NCBI GenBank assembly: GCA_030704615.1
Contig: CM060731.1
Span: 71,734,001 to 71,798,000, forward strand
Direction of reading: 5' to 3'
Length of the DNA: 64,000 nucleotides
DNA from: Takakia lepidozioides
Lineage: Eukaryota > Plantae > Bryophyta
Made by a program: the position numbers and the translations under genes. The notes below the pieces were generated by a model, which was given only the letters and a program-made list of their open reading frames with translations, was not told where the DNA came from and did no database searches. Below, in pieces: positions 53,656 to 64,000 of this stretch (its first letter is position 1; each line of letters starts with the position of its first letter).

Positions 53656-55330
53656 CTACAATGCCCCTCTACGCGATCCCTGTCTCAAATGAACCCTATT
53701 TCTATCATACACATCCCACTCACGCTGTAATCGAAGGTCCCAATCATCCCGGGAGAACTCGTATGATGCAAATAGTTCGCTGTCAGCCCTAATAGTCCTA
53801 CTAGCACATGTCATCACAAATGTGCATCCCCTCACAGCATACTGACGTATGACCACAAAAGCTCTCATGCCCATCACTTCGCTTGTCCCATACTACATTG
53901 GTTCTCCTAGGATGTCCAAAAGAACTATTGACCAGCCTAGCAACATTGCCAAAGATGTCGGGGTCACCATCACAAAATCTGATCTCAATGGGAGACAACC
54001 CCCGTCTACGTACATCCTGCCCGTTGACACACAAAATGTAGGGTACGATGTATAGGGCTTCGAGGCGTAATGTACGGAACTCCGCGGAGGTGTAGTATGG
54101 ACCATAGTAGGGAAACAAGTCCACCATGTTGTTTCTCCAAGGAGGAACCACAATATCATTGACCGTGAATAAACCCCGACCCATAGTAGGGTCTGTAGCG
54201 GCTCTCACAACATACAGTCTCCCCCAATACTCGAACTCCACATTTTCTCGGATGGGGGTGGGAGGGTCGAGATGATTCCCCCATCAACGAGGCTGGACGG
54301 TCCTCAATAACATAGTCTTATGCACTTCCCATCGGGGGCGAGGATCCGGCTCAGGCCGCCCAAGCCGAAGGGGAGGAAACCTAGGGCGAAGCCGACCCCT
54401 CCTAGGGGTTTGGGAGGCACATGCACGTGGAGTTGGAGGTCGAGGTGAAGGTGGTGGAGGTGGTGGTGGTACTGCTGGCGGAGGAGATGAAAGTGAGGTG
54501 GTTGAGGATGTAATGTCGGAGGTGCAGCCGGGGGCACAACGTCCGGATCAGGTACAACCGGAGGTGGATCAGGCAAAGAAACAGACGGGGGGGGGGGAGG
54601 CCACAACAGGGGACCACCTGAGGAAACTGGAGGGGGGGGGGGGGGGGGGGCCTGCTCGTCACCGGCCATAACGCCTACGACACCTACGATATCCCTCGAC
54701 CCTACGCATCTCATCTACGTGCTGCTGGGGGAACCAACTGGTCACATATGGCACATGCTCTGGCACAAATTCTGCAAGTAGACCGGCTCGAAATGCCTCC
54801 TGTGCAATGTGATTGCGAGCTTGGGCATCAAGTCGTGGCTGCAATGTGCGTAGTGAACGATGCATCAATAATTATGTCGTAAATTTGATTCATGTATGCT
54901 TACCAATTATACTACATTATTAGATAAACCTAAATGTACCTTAAATGAATGTTAATGAGAGGGGTGGGAAAAACACTCACCTTTGCCGCATCCGCAATCT
55001 TGTTCTCCTTGTAATGTTTTTCGACAACATGTCCGCCTCGGTGGTCTGGTGCCGCCCGGCGGTATCTGTTCCCAACACTTAGTGCACCAACACTCAATCT
55101 TGTCGGGGGGGTCAAAGGTGGACGTGGTTGGACGGGGTGGCCCGCAAGGGGGCAACCCGCGGCGCGCCCGACTCGATCCCGGAGTGTCAACATCCTCCGC
55201 ATCACCTGAAATTTGGCCCCGGTCCCTTCTGCGATTGTGCCCGGCAGCCTATATTGGATCAGCCTCGTCGCCACGAAAAATGGTCGCTCTAGGGCCACAA
55301 TCGATATGTGGTACTACCTCCCCATCCTCG
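53656..55330 (-). pseudogene. SET-domain-like ORF with an upstream Cys motif and Pro-rich linker
   Basis: MGRGLFT, PYYGP, DGDP..GNVARLVNSS..TNV and, after a frameshift, VMTCASRTIRADSELFASY. Upstream exon IECWCTKC..RRTCCRKH. Confidence 0.7.
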
Positions 55331-56449
55331 AGGGAGACGGGTCAATGTTTCCTCACCATCCCATCTTAATTAACACACACCACCAACACTTTCATTTCTC
55401 AAAAAAACCGTTGGCAAAAAAACCCTATGCCTCAGCCTCGGGGCTTTCAAAATTGGTAACCAAAGGCGGAGCATCCCTATGGTGCTAGAGCCCAAGACAA
55501 TAAATCCTTCCTCTCGTTCTATCTTCAGGATGCTCACACTATGGAAAAATTTGTTGAGACCCAACGCTTTGCGATTATAAGATTGAACCACATTTTGGGT
55601 ATGTGAATCCTAATTACACCGTTTATCCTTTTATCCCCAAGACCCACAACCAAAACCGCCAATCCAAAACCCAGCACCATAAAGAAAAGCAAACACCCTA
55701 ACCCAGTACCATATGAAAAAAAAATAAAATAAAATAAAAACTAAGAAACCCAAAAGGCCATAAACCCTAAATCCAGAAAGGCCGGCCGTCGCCTCCTGCG
55801 ACACTCTGGCGTCGCATTGGACGACGATTTTTTTTTTTTTTTTTTTTTTTTAAGCTGGGGGTCGCACCCCGCGATGGACAGCCGTCGCGGGGGCCGACGT
55901 GTTTTTTTATTTATGGGGCCGGGGGTCGCAAGAAACGACGGCCAGCCGTCGCAATCTTCATTTTTACATTTCAAAAAAGGGCGGGCGCAGGCGTGCGACG
56001 GCCGGGCGTCGCACGTGGGCGCCGCGCCTTTTTTTTTCCCTAAGTGCTTCAAGCATCTCTTTCCCCTCCCGTTTTCGTTTGTTCTCTGGGAGAGAGGTAG
56101 TTCAGAGAGTGGGGTTTAGGGTGGAGGAGAAACGCACCTGCTGCTAAGCCCGAGGTGGTCGCAAGGCCCCAAGGAGTTTGCCCCCAACGCCGCTCCAACG
56201 CCCAAGGTAAGCAGCACCTCCTTCCTCACTTTCTGTCTTTCTTTCTTGCCCTAAGCACAGGCTAATGTCTCTCTCCCCTGTGTGCTAGGAACACCGCGCA
56301 GAGACGCGACCTAACGAGCTGAAGAGAGAGAGAGCCGTGGTGAGCGAGGGAGAGACGCCCTGCAGCGGCGGGGACCCACGCCGCTGGCAGTCACGACAGC
56401 ACCGTAGCAGCTCACTTCAAGCACCAGCAGCAGCAGAGGTACGTCAGAA

Positions 56450-57830
56450 AAATTGCACTCTCCCTTTCCTCCCTGCTTCTGTTTACTATTCAAAGGTAGT
56501 CTTCCTGCCCTGACTTTAAATTTAGGTCTGGTGCCAAGACTGGGATAGACCCTTGAGCGCATCCATGATGTCCTCCCCCATGTCACAGATTGGAAACAGG
56601 TTTAGGGAAGTTTTCTTCCTAACTTCATTTTCATCGGACAATTTTTTGGTTTACAACAGACATGGCTTTGGACACTACAATCTCTAAGTCAGGTTTAGCC
56701 ATCAAGGTCAAGACTTGCGGGTCCAGATTCAGATCCTTGAGAATCTCTTTTACTCTCTTCTCCCAGGGCTCACCCTGTTTGACAAGGCGGTCCTGTTTCC
56801 AAGATACAGAATCGATTAACTTAGGATATCTGGTGTTGGACATATGTTGCAGCTGAACCCACCATCTGACCTTGAATTTAGGGTGTCGGGAGCTTAAAAG
56901 AGAGCAGCACAGAAGAGAGGGAGAGAGAGGGACAAAGAGAGGGCGTGAGAGGGAGACATCAGGGGGCAACAAAGAAAAGAAAAGAAGGTGGGGGGAGAGT
57001 GATTGAGCAGCTGCTACTGCTCAGTCACACCCCCCCCCCCCCCCCCCCATATTCTCTGTTTTTCTTTGTTGCCCCCTCTCTTGGGGAAACAAAAGGGACA
57101 AATCCTACCTCTGTCAGGGGCTGACGTTGGTAGTAAGACTTACCTTCACATATAGAATTAATCAGGGTTTTCCAGATATCCTCTACAAATCCCTTCACAC
57201 AAGCATCAATCTGCTGTGTGTGAGATGCCCATAAACTAGGCCTCAGAAGGGGCTAGGCTTTTGGCTCAGCCTCGACTTTTTCAAAGTTAGTAAACAGAGG
57301 TACATGCACAATTCCCTTGATAGATTTGAAGAGAGCGTCTCTTTGGTGAGAGAACCCCGGACAATGTATCAGAAAATGAGTACTGTCTTCAGATTGCCCA
57401 CACAACGGGCAATTGCACTCTCCCTTTTCTCTCTGCTTCTGTTTGCTGTTCAAAGGTAGGCTTCCTGTCCTGAGTTTAAATTTCAGTCTAGTGCCGAGAG
57501 TGGGTAGACCCTTCAGGTCATCCAAGATGTCCTCCCCCATGTCACTGACTGGAAACAAGTTCAGGGAAGTTTTTTGCCTAGCTTCATTTTCATCAGACAA
57601 TCTCATGGCAACAGACATGGTTGGATACTACAGCCTCTAAGCCAGATTTATCCAGCAGGGTGAAGACTTGCGGTTCCAAGTCTAGGTCCTTGAGAATCTC
57701 TTCTACTGTCTTCTGCCAGGACTTAGCCTGTTTGACAGGTCGGTGGGCGGTCCTGTTTCCAAGATATAGAGTCGATTAACTTAGGATATCTGGTGTTGGA
57801 CATATGCTGCAGCTGACCCCACCATCTGAC
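56450..57830 (-). mobile_element. Two LINE ORF2 C-terminal fragments
   Basis: KFKLRTGSLPLN..CPLCGQSEDSTHFLIHCP (CCHC knuckle). 56450-56880 resembles 57410-57830. Confidence 0.75.
56900..57085. repeat. Short foldback element (second copy at about 60865-61060, half copy at about 57830-57930)
   Basis: Purine arm, poly-G, GTGATTGAGCAG-loop-CTGCTCAGTCAC, poly-C, pyrimidine arm. Confidence 0.65.
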
Positions 57831-58384
57831 CTCCCCCCCCCCCAACCCATTTTTTTTCATTGTTGCCCCCTCTCTCCCTCTCCCTCTCTCTCCCACTCTC
57901 TCCCTCTCTCTTATTAACTTTTTCTACCCCCTCGTTCCCTCTGTGGTTTTTTTTTTTTTTGTGAGCAGCACGAAAGAGAGGGAAGATAAAATGTCTTGTC
58001 GAGACATGGACAAGACCAAACAAGGTCTTTGTCAATTTTTATGACAAATCAGCCTCATAACGAGGCACTATCAATCACTCTTCATTCATAAACCAGTCTG
58101 ATGACATAACAGATCCCACGGTTCATGAAATCTTTGGGTGGGGGGGTGGGATTATATAAAAATCCGCTTCAGACAGACAGGGACCCAATCAAGGGTATGC
58201 TTCAGATGGAATATTAGAAACAGATCATAGTAGGAAGATCATGTTTATCTTGCTAAGTTTACCACCCATGCTCACATTAATAAACTGGAGAAGAAGTTCC
58301 AGTTTTTATATAACATAATGGCCAGATTAGAGCAGTAAACAGTTTCTAAACCATTTACACATGAAGGGAATGTCCACACATCTT

Positions 58385-59700
58385 GTTTTTTGCCCCAAGA
58401 CCTGGTTTCAGTCTGGGGCCAGTGTATAAGTGGATTCAAAAGGTTTTGAGCAGCAAGTGATTACTGATTATCACAGACTGTTAAGAAATCCAGAAAAACA
58501 TAGGGCTTGCAGTAAACAACATACTTGGCCTAGAGCCTAATGGCTGGCACACAATATCACCCATGGTTACATTGTATTTGTGTAGATATTTCTAAGCAGC
58601 GTGTAAACAGGGAACATAACATAGGTTAATGTATTATGTTCCATAGCCTGGTTTCAGTCTGGGTACAACATACACATGCCCTAGCAAAGTGTTTATAAAA
58701 TCACAAAGCATCCATGTAAGTACATAGAGATACATCTGGGCTGCATAGGTTTAAACCCTGATGTCTTACAAGGTTTTAGCCAGATTGTCTGGGTTCCAAC
58801 AAAGACCTCATTACTGTGTTACTTGGTACAAGTCAAATCAGTAAAGCCAGCAAGGGTCATTTTAACACAACATGTAGAGTAGAGCTGTAACCAAATTGTT
58901 AATCAGCCTGTTATCCAGATTTAGACATTACATGTTTTGTCTTTAGTCCCAGAGCCTGGTTTAGTTCTGGGGTCAATCTGTGGCATTCTCATCAGGGTAT
59001 TTGTCTATCACAGACTGAAAGGAATCCCAAAAAAAACCAGAGGGCCTGCATTAAACATCATACATGGCCAGGAGTCCAATGGCTGGGATACCATACGACC
59101 TCCTACATTGCTGCTTGGTATGCTCCAAGTCACAATAGCAGGCCAGTATTGTAAACAGGGAACATAACATAGGAATTGTGTTATGTCCCATAGCCTAGTT
59201 TCAGTCTGGGTACAACATACACATACCCTAGCAAAGTGCTTATAAAATCACAAAGCATCCATGTAAGTACATAGAGATACATCTGGGCTACATAAGTTTA
59301 AACCCTGATGTCTTAAAAAGGCTTTAAACAGATTGTGTGGGTTCCAAAAAGGACCTCACTACTGTGTTACTTGGTCCAAGCCAAATCAGCCAGCAAGGGT
59401 CATTTTTAGTTTCACAACATGTATAGTAGGGCTGTAACCAGATTGTTAATCAGCCTGTTATCCAGATTTAGACATTACATGTTTTGTCTTTAGTCCTAGA
59501 GCTTGGTTTAATTCTGGGGGCAATCTGTGGCTATCTCAGCAGGGTATTTGTCTATCACAGACTGAAAGGAAATCCGGAAAAATAGAGGGCCTGCATTAAA
59601 CAGCATACATGGCCAAGAGCCCAATGGTTGGGATACCATACGACCTCCTACATTGCTGTTTGGTATACTCCAAGTCACAATAGCAGGCCAGTATTGTAAA
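58385..59700. repeat. Tandem duplication, about 548-bp period, about 2.4 copies
   Basis: aaacagggaacataacatagg at about 58606 and 59154, with collinear downstream sequence. Confidence 0.85.
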
Positions 59701-62700
59701 CCGAAAACAAGAGCACATAATGGGCTGTAAACAACAAATCCACCCCATGATAGAGTGTAGAATTCAAAAGTAAGAGTCTTTAAGAGAAAATATGTATTCT
59801 AGTAAAGCTCATCTAATGAACAATGCTCAACAAGGAAGGGTGGAAGCATAGCCAAAAGGTCAAAAATATGGAAGCAGATTTGAATTAGCTCCCTGAAGAT
59901 CAGTTGGAGTCGACATTGCCTCAATTGCTTGGATTCAATCAACTTCAAGCTTCATAAGTCATGTTAAGTGAGGGCCCTCACCTGGTCCCATCACATGCAA
60001 TCAAAAAACAATGAAGTTAGTGAAGATGTGGAACCCCAGGTGAATATCAGGCCTCACGCTTGTTATCGTTGTACAACATGCGTTCAAAAGCAAGAAGAGA
60101 TCAAAAGCAAAGCAAAGATAGTCCACAACCTTAAGGGTTTGTGGAAGAGGATTCGACATAGCTCCAAGAACTCGACAATCAACAGCACAAACAAACAGCG
60201 GTTTGCTGATTTCTACGAGCATTTTATCATGTGAAGAGACTTCCTGAAAGTTTAAGAGCGGCGCTGGATCTTAATGACCATTGAACGGATCGACAAACAA
60301 TCACAGCTTAGGGTAGATTGTCCGCCAAGGGAAGAGACAACCTCATTCAGGGAATTGAAGTTCTGCCGCCATTGCATACCCCAAGGGGAATCGAAAAGTA
60401 CTGGAAACTTGCCAGAGCACTTGCAGGCAGTCATAAAGCTTCTCCATAGCCATCAAATTCACAAGATTCATGTTTAAATGAACCCTCTGACACCATCTCT
60501 CAGCTCAAGCAGAATCAAAACGCACGAGTATCGTGCAGAGTTTAAGGGCGGAGGAAGAGATAGGGCAAACCTTCGCGATTTCATCCAAATTAGATGAAAA
60601 ATAGGTAATGAGATGTAAAGAACTTCCCTGATTCCGTCATGATGTCATCCAGTAGGGATAGCATCCAAAATAGAGTCTGGCTTTCATTAGGGTTAGTTCT
60701 CATGACCAAAATCATCCAAAGAACCCAGCTATCAGAGAATATTCTTTAATGGAATTCCTCCATTTTCATGATTATATCCAGTATGGATGAAATTAAAATA
60801 TGGTTTAGACAAAATTAGTCCAAGCCGTCCTGGGTTTTGGAAAAAATACAAGCAAGTTCCTTGTATAGAGGGAGAGGGTGAGAGGGAGAGAAGGACAGAG
60901 AGAGGGAGTGAGAGGGAGAGATCAGGAAACAAAAAGAAAAAGAGGAAGGTGGGGGGGGGGGGGAGTGATTGAGTAGCAACTGCTCAGTCACACACCCCCC
61001 CCCCACCTTTTTGTTTTTTCTTTGTTGCCCCCTCTCTCCCTCTGTCTCCCTCTCTACTGGGAATTGGCAGTTTGCTATCAGTATTGATTTTTTGTTTTCT
61101 CATCCTCTATCAGGCTTTTTCATCCATACCGGATGAGCCACCAGGATGGACACTGAATTACCTCTAGGATGGTTCTTTTGGCCTTTTCATTCCTCCTCTA
61201 TTGACTCTCATCCATACCGGATGAGTCACCATGGAAGAAAAGAATTACCTCTATGGAGGTTGCCAACAGCATCCTGTTTTTCCATCCGTACAGGATGAAA
61301 AATTACCAGGGTGATAATTTTTCATTCCTCTTTTATTGACTCTTGTTATCCATACCGGATGGTCTGGTAAGGAATGATAGAATTACCTAGATGGAGATAA
61401 GGCGCTGCCACGGATGATATTCCCTACTTTTTCATCCTGACACAAATGATCTATCTATGGATGATATGATTATGGCCTGGAATTGATCTTTACTACCCCT
61501 AATTATGATTAATTACGGTGGAAACCCTAACCCCTACCCCCAAAACCTATTTTTAACCTTGCTGCGGATGAAATCCGTCAGGGTATATGGAGTCGTCCTA
61601 CTATTTTTCATCCACGGAGGAATAATCGGGGGACAACCCTATGTTGTCTCTCCTGCTGTCAGAAGCACGCGATGACGAGCACCTGGGGGGGCGCGAAGGC
61701 GGCGCCTTGTCTCTCTTGTAGCGGGAAACACCGCTATGAACCCTCCTCTGGCTTTTTCTGTGCTTAGCAAGGATGCTTATGATGGGAAGTTCTCTCCCTC
61801 CTTTCTAGTGCCTTGCGATTGTGCCTACTTTGCTTCATTGCTTATGTGCTTTGTGGAGGCGGCTTGATGCGGGTGGTGATGGCGCATAACCCTCTTCCCC
61901 AATCGCTTAAGGTGCCTTTGGAGTTTAGGGATTCTCATGTTCTTATCTCTTTCTCTTGCTTTTGAGTTTCTTAATTGACATCGATGACAAGTGTGAGGGT
62001 CTGTGATTCACCTGGGGTTCCACAATCCTCACTAACCTGTTGGTTTTTGTGGGGGCTTGTGATGGGACCAGGTGAGGATCCTCACCTACTTTGAAGTTTC
62101 TTGAGCATGCAAATTGGGATATGGGCTGAGGAGACCTAGGGTTGTGCGCGTTGTGAGGTGGCTGCTGGCTACAGCCCCGATTTCAACACAACTGTCCTTG
62201 ACTTGATATGCTCCAGCCTGCGTTCTGGCCTTTGTCGTTCTGCCGCCGATGCGCAACTCGGCCTGACGGGCTTGTTTCCTGAGGCTTGCATACAAACCAT
62301 ACCCTCCCTTTTAATCTTTGACAGCAAAGCCTGTGGATTACTAAGCTAGGTTGTAAGTTATTTTGGCCAAAGAGGATCTGATTTTTGGTGGTATGTTTTT
62401 GGCGGTTTTGGGTAACTATGGATCTGATGGCCTTGAAGTTCGCAGCCTGGTAGGGTACTGCCCTGCTCCTTGTCAGGCCTACTTTTGATGTATACTGGAT
62501 CGTAGTAAGGTGTTCTTTGCATGTCTTAGCATGGAACTCTTGAAGGATGAGGATGGTAAGCTGCAATGGAATCCTACCTATTGTTTTGGATTTGTCATGA
62601 CATCAGGCCAATGACCTGCCATCTGTTTTTTTATACAAAAGATGATGGATCTCGGTTGTTCATGCTGTTTGTTGGTACAAGTCTTGAACCTGCAATCTGA

Positions 62701-64000
62701 CAGGCTGCATTCACATTCCCTTGATACCTTGTATGATCGCATGTCTCGGGGTGCATACAAATGATATGGAATCTACTTCATCTGGCTCAAGTTGGACTGC
62801 TTGGTGGGATACTGAGATTCTGACAAAATGCAGGCTGGTCCTTATGCCTTGGCTGATGCATGACCTGCCATAATTAATGGCTCAATTGGTAAGTTGCTGG
62901 TATATGTACAGGCTGAACCAAGAGGCCTTGCAGCATGCACAGGGACAACAATATCTTATCTTGTCCCACACAAGAACAAACCCCGCCCTCCCACCCTGTT
63001 TTGTCTTGGATGATTGGGTGGTGTCTTTTGGGATGATTTGACAAGACTGGAAATGTGAGATAGTGCCCTATCCAGGGCTGTTTATGTCTTTAATTGACAA
63101 TGACCCTTATGGGTCTTGTCTATGTCTTAACATGACGTGAATATCTTCCCTCTCTCCCTGTTCCAGTGTACTTAGTGGTGTTTGTACACACCATCTACCA
63201 TCTTCTTTTCTTGTTTCTGATTCACCATGGTATCATACTGACATGGTTTTTTTTGGCTGACCTGGCAGAAAGCCAGCAAGGTTGTGCTTCAATGGAAGGA
63301 TGAGCTTAAAGCACTTGGATATCAGCTGCCCCTACCGCTTCCAATTCCAGCGGTGCAAGCTACACTTGCACACATTAAACCAGGTGACTTCCATGCCACC
63401 TTACAAAAGCTGGAATTTGAAGCTTTCGAAGAAGCCAGTGATAACCGGCCTGTCTTTTTACTTGAGACCTTAGCTTTGGATGATTGAGTTGCTCTTGGCA
63501 TTTCAGCGAACAAGAATGGGAAGTGGTTGGAAAAAATCCAGAAGTACCATTCTAAGTTGATGGAGATTCTGGATGATGATACTACTGAAACCCTATTTTA
63601 ATTAATTCTGGACTTTTGGTTTAAATCCGGACTAAACTTAATATATATTTGTATTAAATTTAATTGAAATATTAATAATATCATGGCGTAATGTGTGATT
63701 GAACTTTGTGAAATTTCAAGTGATGTCATACTTGTTTCAAAATGTGTCATAGAAGAGGTCCATTTGACATTGAAGTGCTCATTGTGAAGTAGCAGTATTG
63801 AACAACGTCCACTTGGAAGTCGAATAAAATAATATTCCATTGCAGGTCATCATGATAAACAAATGGGTCGCATCGAACATGGGCCAAACTCGTACTCTAC
63901 CATACTCGATACAACTTGCTAGTAATTTTATTGATTGAATCTTCATATGAAACACAATGTTCACATACCACGCCATTGGAATGAATCATGTTTTGGATGT

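Noticed and set aside
62086-63590. Exon-like segments with stops
   Set aside because: No family could be recognised, so no product was called.

Overview
Eukaryotic nuclear DNA, almost certainly a land plant. PPR/PDF repeats, short GT-AG introns and a cyanovirin-N homologue suggest a non-seed plant (inference). The window is a dense cluster of transposons and broken host genes. In order: a decayed chromodomain Ty3/Gypsy element (1-5672); an OSB-PDF/PPR pseudogene with an inverted partial copy; a 17.1-kb Mutator-like element (10232-27358) with a perfect 9-bp target-site duplication (TSD); a CACTA transposase; LINE fragments; an alkenal-reductase gene split by an inversion; a possible solo LTR; a CVNH lectin gene; a NERD1-like fragment; and a second CACTA transposase next to a SET-domain ORF. 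The main candidate for a new system is the MULE. It has an intact DDE/SWIM transposase. Transcribed divergently from it is an intron-containing gene with a ParB/Srx-like domain and a beta-class DNA amino-methyltransferase-like domain. Its non-coding parts carry dozens of palindromic GAAATTCGGCGCCGAATTTC sites spaced at near-integral helical turns (53, 73-75, 83-85, 95-96 bp). All domain calls come from reading motifs by eye; no database search was run.
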